64,000 bases of DNA from Octopus sinensis (GCF_006345805.1 NC_042997.1:122078001-122142000); one strand, 5' to 3'; positions 13,798 through 27,587 are shown, counted from the stretch's first letter. Notes: generated from the letters alone by a model not told the origin. Numbers and translations are program-made.

Positions 13798-14193
13798 GTA
13801 ATGTAATGCAAATGCAGACAATAAAAATAAATAAATGCGCCCTTTTAAAGCCTACCCATAAAGCCCGGATCTAGCGCCCTTCAGCTTCTACATTTAACAT
13901 TTTTCTAATGAAGAACAATCTTCGTAGACAAAGATATGATTATGGGTAAAACATGCGTATGGAAATATTTCAAAGAGGATTTCGAGACAGGAGTTCACCA
14001 ATAACGCAAATGCATGAAGGCTGGGTTGTTCCACGACTGTATAGAAGAGAAGCTGATCAACGAACGTGCGATTTGAACGACTTATATGAGTTACGACGAA
14101 AGTCTTGGTCTTTTTGTACAATTTGCGGTGTAAGCTGTATGTATGTGTGAATGCACACACGTATATACATATTATTTGCTTAATATATATATA

Positions 14194-14232
<39 letters not shown>

Positions 14233-14532
14233 TTTTTTATGTATATATATATATATATATATTTATTTATGTATATATATATATATATATATATTTATTT
14301 ATGTATATATATATATATATATATATATTTATTTATGTATATATATATATGTGGATATGTGGATTAACTGTTGAACTGGACGGACGTCTATTTGTTTCTC
14401 TCCCGAGTCAGTAGCAAGCTACACAGCTTCAAAACTAACTGACCTTAAATATATATATATTTGTAACCACGTGTTTGCCTACAAACCCGTAGTACGTTTT
14501 CATCTAACTACAAATTGTTATATACACCTGTT

Positions 14533-14632
14533 NNNNNNNNNNNNNNNNNNNNNNNNNNNNNNNNNNNNNNNNNNNNNNNNNNNNNNNNNNNNNNNNNNNN
14601 NNNNNNNNNNNNNNNNNNNNNNNNNNNNNNNN
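14533..14632. other. Assembly gap (100 N)
   Basis: Run of exactly 100 n. Confidence 1.
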
Positions 14633-15299
14633 ACCAAGTTGAATAAAAGGAAGAGCTGTTCTGATAGCTGCTTCCTGAATTTGTTGCACTGCAGTCGTGG
14701 TACAACCGCCGCTATCGAAGACCATCTGTACAGAAGGGCTAAATATACAGTAGGCCTGGTCCACTCACATCCTTATCTATAGACAAGTATCCAAGATTTT
14801 GTTCACCGACTCCAGATACATATGCGCGCTGGTAAACTGTCCAGTAGCAGTAGACGCGCGTAAAGTCTTTCATTGTACATCAGAGATTTGTATACCAAGA
14901 ACAATAGATGATACATTAGCAGCACGATTGGGACAATATACATCTGAGTCAAAGAATGTACCTCATACATATATCTTTCAAAAACAAAAATGAGTTTTGA
15001 AAGTGTAGGAATATGAACAGGGAGATCGAAGTTATCATTAAAGGTACAGTTCTTAATGTTAATCTGTGGATAAAAGAATTCATTTTGATAATAAAATAGG
15101 AGGTCTATATATTTAGAATTGAACGAATGTTTCAGGCTCTTATTAATAATCAATCCTTATAGTCGCCATACATTGAAGCCCTCGATCCAATTCCCTCGCA
15201 TACATAACATCCATCTCTGACACTTACAGCCCTTGTAATTACATTTATTATCGCAAAATTTGGGAATTCGTACTAATTCTAATCACGTCAAGTAATCAC

Positions 15300-16080
15300 G
15301 CATTTTCTCTCGCCTTTTCTAGTTATCGCGCTCTCTTCCTCATACTCTCAAATGCTCTTTAAAGACTTTGTAAAGAGTTTCTCATCAGCAATATCAAAAC
15401 TAATTAAATATTTCTGGGAAAAATTTCAATAATGTTGTTCTGAGTGAGATGAAAGGACCCTAAAACATTTTGATGTCTATGAGGTAATTTGTGGTAAAAA
15501 TTCCATATTTTTATGTGGTATATTTGAGATCTATTCTTCCAGTTTGTTTAATTTACATGAATGTGCCTAGACACTACATTGTCAACAATCTTGTTCCAAT
15601 AACACTCAGCTAACATTCGGCCGGGCATCGAAAATTTATCGATCGTTTTTGAAATATAATGTACTCAAACACATAGAGGATGTTTAAAATAGTATTTTCA
15701 CACTTTTGTGCAACAACATTAAAAATTAAACAACATTCCTATCACTCTCGCACATAGTGTCATCCTGACTCATTTTCTTCCTTCAATATTTCTTTTTGGA
15801 GCTAAAGAAACAGTGATTCTGTCATCATTTTGTCTGCTAACCATTGTTGTCAAAGCTTATTGGCTTCAATATTATCATTGATAAAACGCGAAAGATAATG
15901 TAATACGATTTACACGCAGATGAGGACAATTGGAGCAAATTTCATTATAGGTCTGCTGGATCAGAGCTAATAGCCAGATATGTGCTGAGAAAATACTTTT
16001 CTGTCAAATACGGCTTTGAAGCATAAATTCTATTTCTTCGTAGGATTTGTTGATATTCTGAAAGCTTTTTATTCCAAATA
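15300..16080 (-). mobile_element. Highly degenerate Penelope-like reverse transcriptase remnant
   Basis: Broken minus-strand frames give WLADKM, FKNDR*IFDARP, VN*TNWKN and KYLISFDI..EKLFTKSLK, in the order of the Penelope RT motifs ADKT, LKDHK.NF, NQWKN and F.SFDI...LLTKAL. Many stops. Confidence 0.35.
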
Positions 16081-17407
16081 TATCTTATGTCGGAAATCGT
16101 TCGATTCCTACACGGATACTTAATTGATAAGTGTACACTCAGAGAAAGCAGTTGAACTCATGGTTAGGATGTTCGAGTCGCTCACATAATATCGTGGTAT
16201 CAGTTCCTAAACTGAGTGGCACATTGTGTCGTGAGAAAGACACTTCATTTCACATTGTTCCAATCTATAATGCAGTAATATATACCAGGCCAATGCAGAT
16301 GCAACACTCTCTCTCTTTCTTTTCTGTCTATCTGTGCATCTCACTCTTTTTCACTCTCTCTCTCTCCAGCTGTCAAATCTTGGATGTTCCATTGGGTCAT
16401 GAATGTGGAAAGGAGATAAAGTACATCTGTGATTCGCGACCACCTCTGCACTTGAAACATTTAGCGGATATATGGAATATGTTATCAAGCCATACTTCTT
16501 CACAAGTGACGGCAGGCTGTACAGTACTAAGTGTCGAATTATGAAAAAGATTCAAATATTCGTTAATTCATTACACGGTTAAATTTCCAAGGAATACTAG
16601 TATATGCGCAAACCGATGATCATAAATCATTGAATATACATAAAAGACATTAAGAGAACTCACACAGCTAAACATACATCAAGATTCATGTATTTAATTA
16701 GCAAACGCCACTCGAAATGTTTATAACGACTGCAAATTTTGGTATCAAATTAAGCGTACATAATTCAATTCTAATCATATATAAGTTATGCTACAGCGCA
16801 ATTAACAAGACGAATCTTCAAAGACAGCAATTGAAAATCACACGATATAATGGAGAACCAATATACAAAATGTAATAATTGAAAAATTACCAGATTATAG
16901 TTTAGACATTTATCAAGCATTTTATTGATTATAATATTTTATTCATGGCATGTGTTGGATTTCATCCGTAAGATATATAGTTAGGATATGTCTATGAAAT
17001 TATATAAGTTTAAAATTATTGAAGTTATTCGGTTGCTTTTGGGACACATACAAACAGACGTTTATTTCGTAGCATTTGTTTGTTTACCATTGTATTTATA
17101 GACAGATGTATGTCTCCTGCAGCCAGATCTCGTGTAGTGTAGACATATTTGCATTTTGTCATGTAGATGTAAATGTTATTGTTAAAGTTTGTGTGTATAT
17201 TATATATATATATATAAATATAAATGGGAAATAGCAGAACAACAAGGCACCAATTTTCGCTGGAAAACAATACTATTGTGTGTGTGTGTATATATATATA
17301 TATAAATTATATATATATATATATTATATATATATATATATATAATCACCAGATGGAGTACACTTATTGTTAATTTTACTATCACTGATCAATACATAAT
17401 ATATATT

Positions 17408-17760
17408 TTACTCTTTTGCAGTCATTTGACAGCAACCATGCTGGAACACCGCCTTTAGTTGAAAAAGTCGACTCAAAGACTTATTCTTTGTAAGCTTAGT
17501 ATTTATTTTATCGATCTCTTTTGCCGAACCGCCTAGTTTTGGGGACATCAACACACCAACGTCATTTGACACCCCTGTCGTTTGACAACCGATGTTGGTG
17601 TGTTTGCATCCCCGTTGCTTAGTCGTTCGGCTAAAGAAACCGCTTCAATAAGTACTAGGCTTAAAAAGAATAAATTCTGGAGTTGATTTCTTCGACTAAA
17701 AGCCTTTAAGGCAGTGCTCCAGCATGGCTGCAATCAAAACATGTAAAAGAATAAAAGGAT
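17408..17760. mobile_element. Two SINE family A 3' halves abutting in inverted orientation
   Basis: 17408-17570 (minus) and 17580-17760 (plus) cover the same SINE segment. Confidence 0.8.
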
Positions 17761-18698
17761 ACACTTTAATTGTTCGACTTCACTTCTTTCTAATCTTCAT
17801 ACCCACTTATATTTCCATCTGATTTTCTCTCCTTCATTCTCATCTTTCTTTTCTCTTTGTCATTCTCGTTCCTTTGATGTTACCACTTGTACATAAATTC
17901 CGCTTACTTAAGACTTCTAGTGGATATCATTGTCTTTATTGCTTCCCACTTTTGAATACATTCATCCCCGCTAAAATTACCTAAAACGCTCGTCAACATA
18001 TCGCCTAAGCAGTTGGCATTGGCGTCACAATCAATTTAACCTAAAAGTACATATGCCTGCCTATCTTTTCAACCACTTTACTCTCTACATTTTTCTAGGT
18101 ATATCAGTTTTATTACTTTCTCGTTATGACACTATAAACCTCTCCCACCGATCGTATTTAGAACGCTAAAAATTCATGGAGAACTTTTTTCTATTTTATT
18201 TTCATTTCTTTTGGAGAGCGTAGGCTCGAAACGTAATAGAATTTCTAAGTTTCATTTTCCCGAGAGTGAAATTAATATACTTGCTTGTTGTTCATACACC
18301 TGTCTTCATCTTTTGTTTTTGAAAAGATTTCACCTATATAATATAAAGGTGACTTATTCACAAGTAACAACCGAAAGGCAGAACTGTAGATGTCGCTAAA
18401 TTGACTCTGTATATTAGTTAGCACCAGCATTGCAATAAATATGAGTCAAACCAACTCATAGCTACGAAAAGTACTTAGCATATGACAGACAAGAGAGGCA
18501 ATCTCCCTACAGCATCCGGGGCATAGCTTCCCTCCCTTGTAAGTCATAAGATAAGTGCTTTCTCGTGGCTTAGTTGTTTTGACTTTTATTTCTAGCAATG
18601 CTCGTGCTAACTAGTCTACACACACGCGCACACACACACACACACAGACACACACATATATATATGTATACGGGTGTGTGTGATTGTGTATAGAAGAA

Positions 18699-19067
18699 TA
18701 TATAAATAAAAAGAATTCCAACCTTGTCTGATTTTCACGTTTTATTTACAATCTTATATAAGATAATATAATATAATAAAATAAAATAAAATAATAGAAT
18801 GTTAAATGTTCATTCTGATTGAACTAGTACTTTCATGCATTAAATTCTGCAATCTTCAGGTTCGTGACAGTCAAAAATTGTGAAGCATGACTGTCACCAC
18901 TACTACACGAACCTGAAGATTGCAGAATTTAATGCATGAAAGTACTAGTTCAATCAGAATGAACATTTAACATTCTATTATTTTATTTTATTTTATTATA
19001 TTATATTATCATATATCATTATAAGATTGTAAATAAAACGTGAAAATCAGACAAGGTTGGAATTCCT

Positions 19068-19080
<13 letters not shown>
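18699..19080. repeat. ~380-bp near-perfect fold-back palindrome
   Basis: 18699-18866 is close to the reverse complement of 18906-19080. An inner gtgacagtca/tgactgtcac stem lies in the spacer. Confidence 0.95.
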
Positions 19081-19098
<18 letters not shown>

Positions 19099-19659
19099 GT
19101 TCATATACACACATGTATGTGTGCGTGTGTTAGATACTGTTTTTTTTAAACTGAAATAATTACTTTGCCGAAAGGCCTTCCAGTCGTTGAAACTATTCTC
19201 AAATGAGTAAAATGCACTTGTTATTAGGAGAGGTGTCAAAAGTTTCGTCGCACATCTGCGATCATATCACTGTCATAATTCCATTCCAACACGTTAAAAT
19301 GTATCTAATGTTGTGTCGCCATAGGCATCAGAGATTTTCTGAGTTATATTTTATTTATTTTTTCTTATTATTTTTGTAACATGTATTGAAGTTGATTGTC
19401 TTTGTCTGATACTCTTATCCACTTGTCATCATTAATTACTTCCAAGTTCTTTTCTTTCGTCTATTTATATCAGTATTTCAGCTTCATTTTCCCTCTTTTC
19501 TATTGCATCTTCTTTCACTGGAAGTAAGCTTTCAAACACAAAACAAATTTGCATTAATTTCACCAAAAGAGTAGTGCATTTCTTTTATTTAACACTTCGC
19601 AGTTATAGAGTAATTTATTATATACCAAATGAGACAGTTATTATTTCAGCTGACACACT

Positions 19660-19990
19660 GATTGCTTCTCAGTAGCTAGCGGTGCTTCATACGGTGTTTC
19701 ATTAGTTTTCAGTAGTTTATATAGCACGACATTGGCTACCAGTAGCTTATAAGTTTTATCCTTGGTTACCGGTTTATTATATCGCTTCGTCTGAGTCAAT
19801 AATTATTGTCAATGGCTACCAGTGGCTCATATGGTGGGTCATCAGCTGCTACTAGTTTATACAGTGTGATATTGTCTACCATTAAATTAAATGATTTGTC
19901 TTTGGCTAGCAGCCTATTATATGCTTTATCACTGGCTTTCAATAGGTTATAAGGCCACTCATCGTCTACTAGTGAAGTGTATGTGAATGA
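19660..19990 (-). repeat. Degenerate 30-bp minisatellite (~11 units)
   Basis: Recurrent ggctacc/agt..cttat motifs at 30-nt spacing, with one 20-nt unit near 19790. Confidence 0.8.
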
Positions 19991-20894
19991 TTATTACTTA
20001 GTATATATAAACTTGGCTTTCTTCAACTAAATATCTGATCAATTTTCAAATCATATATTTGGCTTTGATTGTGCTAAACCCGAATATCTATTTACTTTCA
20101 TTGTCTGGTTAAAAGAAATTTATTAACCTCTGAAACACATAATTTCTTACTTAGGTCTATTTTGTATTCGTTGACAATTCCAATTTTCTCTGCAATACAG
20201 TAAGTAATTAATTTCTTTAATAATGTAAAATTACATAGAAATATGAACACAAAACAATCTTCGCTGGTGGAAATCCAGCACTTAGTAGAATAATACTTTC
20301 GGCAATGAGGAATATATTAGATAATTATTAGGTCTAATTGTAGAATTAACAAAAGTCGAATCAATCAGCGTTTTTTTAATTGAAATTTTCAGGTTGACTA
20401 GACTTATAAGATGGACGCACTTAATATTGCCCTTTATGTGTGTCTATAGGCAGCGATGTGGCGATAAAGTATCACTTGATAGCTTTGTGTTATATTCAGT
20501 GTGTAAACTGTTGTGTAGTATAATTAGAACATAATTCGAAACCATTAAGCATTATATGCTTCAAGTATATTCTAACACGATTGACTTAGCATAGTTTAAT
20601 GCGCTGATTACTTTGTTATTAACGTTGTAAAAAATATTTTTTAACGCGACTTTTACAAGGAGTTAAATTTAGCCCCTCAGCAAGGGAAAAGGGAGCAAAA
20701 TTTGTTTGTATTTCTTATTTGTAGAGAATGCAGATATGAACGGCCAACGTAATGAGAACATGAAGAAAAAAAACTGTACAACATACGTAAGTTATCATCC
20801 TATATCATCTTGTGTTATGCCTGTAAGCTAACATTTAAGCCAATTAGTTTTGTTTATAGAAAAATATGGTATTTTTGATGCTGGTTGTGACTGA

Positions 20895-21112
20895 AAAGCA
20901 TATTGGTTTCAAAGTTTGGCACAAGTCCAGCAATTTCGGGGGAGTCAGGGAAGGGGATTACATGGACCCCAGTGCCTAGCTGGTCCGAAAGGATGAGAAG
21001 CAAAGTCGACCTCGACGGAATTTGAACACACGACGTAAAGACAGAGGGAATACCGCTAAATATTTTGCTGCCCAGTGTAGTAACACCTAGCGATTCTGCC
21101 ATCTCCACACCT
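20895..21112 (-). mobile_element. SINE family B variant
   Basis: gaaaggatgagaagcaaagtcgacctcgacggaatttgaac core. Confidence 0.8.
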
Positions 21113-21535
21113 TCAGAACAATAAGAAAATAAAATTTATATGGTGTGTATACACCTAGATCAGCTCTCAGCATTTGTCAACAAGCAAGCTATATTCTCCG
21201 TGAGAAAACGCAGTTTGTAGCTTGTTTCTCTGTTCGAATGTGCATCAAGCGTATTCAGATTGATAATAACATACCACTTTTACTTATCGCTGCTTAGCGC
21301 TCTCCCTCCTTAATTTATTTACGGTGAGCCGCAATATAGAGCTACCAGCATAAGGGAGGTAATCTCTGAATTCAGGTCACAGTGCCGTCTGCTTAGTGTC
21401 TGTGACCGATGACGATATAACTATTCCGAAATGTTAACATCTCACATTTTATGGAGGTGGCATTGAGAGCTGATCTGGGTGTATACTTACCATTTGTCAA
21501 CAAGCGAGATATACACTCCGTGACAAAACGCAGTA

Positions 21536-21870
21536 TTTGTCATTAGACTGCGGCCATTTTTGGTCATCACCTCGGAAGAGTTTTTAGTTAAATAAGTCAA
21601 CTCCAGTCCGCTAGGTTATGGGGGCGTAAAGAAACTATACCAGTTGTCAAGCTGTAAGGAGGGACAAACACTGAAATAAAGACACGACATACATAGGTAC
21701 ACATGCGACAAGTTTCGACAGTTTTCGTCTACAAAATTCACCCCATACCACTGGTTGGCTGGGGGCTATAGAATATGACACTTGTCCAAGGTACCACATA
21801 ATAGGACCGAATCCGAAAGCATGTGGTTGTAAAGTGAGTTTATTAACCACAAATCTGTGCCAACGCCTCT
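21536..21870 (-). mobile_element. SINE family A, decayed
   Basis: Aligns with family A copies. Confidence 0.75.
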
Positions 21871-22126
21871 ATGTTGATCACATATGTACTATTAACTAAG
21901 CTGATTATTCTTCACTGATGAGCTCTAATGAAGTCCGTTGCTCTTACTGGTTTCAATTGGAGATGTGAACCGCTTGGATTTTCATCAACTATATTATCCC
22001 AAAATTTGTCACGGCTGCACTTAATAAATTACCTTCCTTTCTTTTTACATTTTAAAAATGTCCGTATGAGATTACTCGTCAACTTTCATGGATAACCTGA
22101 ATTCATGAGAATTGTTCAACTCAGTA

Positions 22127-22182
<56 letters not shown>

Positions 22183-23424
22183 GACTCTACTGCATTTCTC
22201 TCTGATATACAAAATGCTGCCTCAAGGTCTTTACATGCAACAATATTAATAATATTATAGTATGGCTAGCTTTGTAGCTTTCTCTGAAGAAACTGTTGAG
22301 GCTGTTCTTGTATATAATTTTAGATGCTAAATCTTTTTCTACAGAATATTGCAGTGTTGTAATTAGAAACCGGTTGTTGATACTTTGATTATCCCCACGT
22401 TTTAACGTAGAAGTTATGTTACAGAAGCGCATGACGCCAGGTAAATTTTAAGACTGCGACTAAAATGCATAATTAACGGGAATCTACACGTGCTTAATGA
22501 GCAATGTTCATTACGTATTGTAGATACAGCATTAGATGTGATGTTAGCTGAAATATAATCTAAATTTACTATTATCAGGAATCAGTACATTACGCAATAC
22601 TTCTTATAATGTGGCGACAAATTGTCGAAGGCTGAGTTGTATTTTCACAGTCTTTTTACTTCTGTTTAATGAGGTGATGTTTATCAGTTTCTGGAAAAGC
22701 AATGAGTGCAATTTTTGTGAGATTTCATTATGTTAAAAGTCAAAAGCAGAGTTTCATTATTTACTCATTCCATTTTCAGTCATTCCAGAATAAAGCCTAC
22801 GGTCTATGAACTTTAACAAGAGGTCAGAGTAAACGCTTTCTTGTGTGTGGAATAAAATAGGTGGATACTGCACTGAAGTCAGTCATGTTTGAGTATGTGA
22901 GCACGCTAAGATATATTATATTGGTGAAATTGATTAATTAATTAATTTACCCTCAATTGTTGAAATTATAATTCATCTCTCTCTATATAATGCCTCGGAT
23001 TTTACCGAAAAAAGCATAGTGTTTACTGATTTTAACCCACGCTGGTGGAAAGGGGAGAGCAGAAATTCTTCGCTTGCATTTTTGAGTTTGCTGGCACTGT
23101 TAGTTTCGAGCAGATCTTCAGAAGCGATAAGAAGCCGAAAGGGTATGCTCCCACTTTCAGTGTTTTCAAATCCAAACCAGGGAGTTCTGAGCTGATGATA
23201 GAAATGTCGAGTTTGACTAATCTTGAAACGTACGTTCTCAAATAACCTTTGCATTTGATTTTTTAATGTCTCTACCCCCATACTTTCGTGAGTTGAATTG
23301 AGCAAACACTATATGAGAGAGGTTTTCTTTAAGTATTAGAAATAGTTTTAAAAAAGTTTTTTTAGCTGCTATTTCTAATGAGTTCAGTATGCGGCAAAGT
23401 AATTTATTTTACTAAGCCCTTTTA

Positions 23425-23457
<33 letters not shown>

Positions 23458-23525
23458 CTTTGATACTTTGATAGGTTTCGGCCATTATTGGCCCAGGCCA
23501 TGTCTAACTTAATAGCACCAATATA

Positions 23526-24068
23526 TCTCTCTCTATATAAACGGCAGTTTGTCTGTGCGTGTTTCTGTGTGTCTGTTTGCTTGTACCCTCACCCTGACCA
23601 CGGCTTTCAACCGATTCTGATGAAACTTGACACACACATAGCCCAATTTCATAATTCAAAACTAACGCAGCGAAAATTTTGAAAAGTTCCCCCAGTTCTG
23701 AAAAAAATCGATAAATTCGACATGGGGTCGAGAATCAAAAACACAAACCGCAAACTGTCTAGGGGACGCAACTCCACCTTTTAACTAAAAAAAATTTACC
23801 ATCATTGTTTTCCATTTTTTTGCTATTTTTTGGCTATAACTCTCTAAAAATGCTTATAGTTATTTTCCTTACAAACCTGAGCAACGCCGGGCGATACTGC
23901 TAGTATATATATATATATATATTATATATATTATTTAATATATATATATAAAAAAAAATTTACCATCATTGTTTTCCATTTTTTTGCTATTTTTTGGCTA
24001 TAACTCTCTAAAAATGCTTTATAGTTATTTCCCTTACAAACCTGAGCAACGCCGGGCGATACTGCTAG
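23526..24068 (+). mobile_element. Non-autonomous Helitron-like element with a duplicated 3' end
   Basis: A|TC 5' end, 3' gagcaacgccgggcgatactgCTAG|T at 23903, and a second copy of the last ~120 bp ending CTAG at 24068. Confidence 0.8.
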
Positions 24069-24328
24069 TATATATATATATATATATATAGTTAATACAC
24101 ACAATAGGAAGATACGACTTAGTAATAGTTTCTGGCAGTGGAGACGCTAGTCTAGGCAGTTTTTTTATAACAGCTTGTATCTCTAAGTAGTCCTAAACTC
24201 TGAGCATGAAACCATATGTAGCTTTGATTTTTATACTATGTATATAAAATATTTATCTCTCTCGTATGTTGGCGAACTTTCTTGTTAAAATTACCTTAAC
24301 GAAACAGTAAACTATGCGTGTGTGTGCA

Positions 24329-24372
<44 letters not shown>

Positions 24373-25007
24373 AAGGCGAGCGAGGGAAAGAGAGAGCGAC
24401 GGAGGAGGGGCATATTTCTGCAAGCATATCAATGTTTATATTTATATTGGTTTACTGGTTTCAATCTCGATCTTTCACCGATGTACAGAATTCGATGAAA
24501 TGAATATCGAAGTACATTCACAAGTTCCAACGTCGAAGAACGAAAGCTATGAAACAACAATGCTTATATAGTTATTCATATCATTTTAATTATTTCGCAT
24601 TACAAATGTTAAAAGAGTATGACACTATTGAAATGGATTCTTTCCAAGAAACACGAGTGCTTAAATTTTATTAAACAATTTCTATATGTTTTCTCAATAT
24701 TGAAAGATGAAATATATATATACATAATGCACATATTTAATAATCTGTCAAGCTAAAATATTTCTCAGGCAATTTTTGTTGATTTTTTAAATATACTTAA
24801 TAATATTCATATGCCCGAAGGGATTTTTGTTGCAACCCCGAAACTAAACTGACTGAACCGATGAATCATAAAATACGAAGTAAAAATAAATAAAACACAT
24901 GCTCAAAGTTCTTTGAGATACAACCTCACACATTTCGCATGTAAAATACATACATGCATATACACACACTATCCGCACACACACACATACATACATATAT
25001 ATATATT

Positions 25008-25305
25008 GTTCCTACTTGATCCTCGCCTTGCTCATAAGGGCCGGTTTCCCGGTTTCCTTGGCGTATAGGTTCCCCACCTGGACAGGACGCCCGTCCGTCG
25101 CAGGTGAGCTGCAAGACGCAGGAGGAAAGAGTGAGAGAAAGTTGTGGCGAAAGAGTCAGCAGAATTTCGCCATTACCTTCTGCCGGAGTCTCCATGGAGC
25201 TTAGGCGTTTCGCTCATAAACACACACATCGCCCGGTCTGAGATTCGAACCCGCGATCCCTCGACCGCGAGTCCGCTGCTCTAAGCGCTACACTATGTGC
25301 CTCCA
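25008..25305 (-). mobile_element. Young tRNA-derived SINE (family C variant)
   Basis: Minus strand reads tagtgtagcgcttagagcagcggactcgcggtcgagggatcgcgggttcgaatctc (A and B boxes, CpGs intact). Its 3' part is shared with 47186-47460. Confidence 0.85.
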
Positions 25306-27587
25306 CACACACACACACACACACACACAACATCCATTGAAATTTAGGCGGACCACACATGCGCATTCACACATGGATGCAAACATCCTCGGGCATGTAC
25401 AATGTAAGAACCATAAATACAAGTGCAAATCACAATGAATCTAAGACCTGGAGTACACGAAGACACATTTTTATGGGGTAGGAAATGAAGAAAGAGCTCT
25501 AGCTTGCGGATTGATTGATCTAACGACAGGTCAAGCTATCGATCAGTTAGTTGATCAACTATTGACCAATTACCGAATGGTCATAATAAAACCAAATAAA
25601 ATATTTAAAAATATGTTTGTTGTTTACATGAATGATTCATAGAATACATACTTCAACATCCATACTCTAAATTTTGGTATTTAGAACGAAATTTCAGTGA
25701 ACGTTTGGTTATCTCAAATATACATAGAAATACGTCCAAGAATCTGTCATGTGCTTTTATGCAATGACTTGTTTTTACCTCTATGGAATACTGCGAGTGA
25801 CATCAGGTTTAAGAATCTAGTTTTACTAAAAACTTTTTAAACTTTTATTTTGTGTGTTAGATATCTTTGTTTCATCCATAGAGAATGGCAAAGTCGTTTG
25901 ACATTTCTGACAACGTAGGATGTGTTATAAAAGAGAACTGCTTTCGGCGTTCCTTGTTAGTTTCGGTTTAAACGACCGAAACATGATAAATTATACCCGC
26001 CATGATTAATCACATTTGTATTTAAGTCACATATTTGAATCCCTTCCTCCGGATTTTATTAATGGCTTCATTTCTTATTAGATCCTATTGAGGCTATCTT
26101 GAAAAATGGCCTATTCAACATTTGGAGAATTTGAAAACTGCTACTGTAAAAATTATGTGTCACCAGGTAATATTAATTTTCATCTCGGAAATCAGTGTTC
26201 CTTAACTGCGATAGTTAAAAGATATAGTTTTAATTTTTATACTTCGAGCAATGTAAAAGAGATTATTGGTTTCAATTCCGAAATACAACGCCATCTGTAG
26301 CGGTATTATTAGACAGCTTTGCAAACAGCCACCTAGTGTTAAGAAATTATATGGATTTAGCACGCTATTTAGCCGCTAAATGTTTCATTTAGTAATATCC
26401 TTCACACTGTACTTACCTCTCACTGAAAAATCCTGACAAACTATGGTATGTCATCAACAAGATATATTAGAAAGAATAAATTAGGCTCTACATCAACTGG
26501 CGTATACATCTATCTCTGGCCCAAGGTTCTCAACAGGAGCCATACACTATTTCGATGCAATTTATGTGCAATAAATTGGTTATACTTTTACAGTGCATAA
26601 ATAATTTTAACAAATTCTTAAATACAATTCCTGATTAATATATAATTTAAAAATATAATGGGATTTTTTCAAACATCGAACGGTTAAGTGGCTCCAGCCG
26701 TGTATAGTAGAAATGAAGGGGAGGCATCGACGCAAAAAGCGGCTAAGAAATGCTACTTTCGTCTATCACAACCCGTCTCCATATGTTTCATCAGAGCCAA
26801 TTTTGAATGGTTTCAACAAATTTCAATCTTGCCAAAAAATACAAAAAAAAAATCTCCTAATTACATTCCTTTTATACTCTATTAAAATATTGTTATTTCG
26901 GACTTGTGTATAATTTTCTATCATGTCCAGATCTGCCATTTTTTTTATTGTTACCTATTAATCAGTTTGGAAAGCCAGTGCCTATAATCGTTTTCAGGAC
27001 CTCCGTGACTGCAAGAGAAACGACGAAATTATCTTTAAACTAGAGACTTTGCTTTGAAACAATTTTACAAGAAATTCAGTGAATTCCTAAAGGTAGCTAA
27101 GGTGCTATATGGCTGTGGTATTAAACCGGGAGACAGAGTTATCTTCAAATGAATTGTGAAAAGCATGGCAGCCAACTCACCAGAGTTTGCCTTTGTCCAT
27201 CGCTCTAGCTATCATTTTAAGATATAGGCTTTGGTAGGTTAAATACAGGTAAGCTGAATACAGGTAAGTTAAATACAGCATCACAGTTTGAGCTCCGACC
27301 GGACGTAATCGGAATAAATACCGCAAAGCGTTTCATCCGACTCAATAATCACTGTCACTGAGTATTCTATTCTTAGCTTATACAATTATAATATATTAAC
27401 AGATCCTTTGCTGTTAAACAAAATATTTTCATTAGTAAAACAGAATGTAGACCTTAAAATTATATTCACACTACTAGTTAATATTATTTTCTTTACATAC
27501 GAAATAATGGTGGCTTACACCAAATTATGTGACGTCACGATATATGTGTATGTGTGTCTATGTATGTGTGTACACACACACACACAC

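Noticed and set aside
13930-14120. Stop-interrupted frame VWKYFKEDFETGVHQ*RKC as a transposase relic
   Set aside because: No diagnostic motif could be assigned.
21390-21440. ccgatga...ccgaaatgtt as a hammerhead
   Set aside because: U4 is altered and neither helix I nor helix II pairs convincingly.
26082-26166. Exon MAYSTFGEFENCYCKNYVSP with a CAG|GTAATA donor
   Set aside because: No convincing downstream exon; the nearest acceptor (~26995) gives an immediate stop in phase 1.
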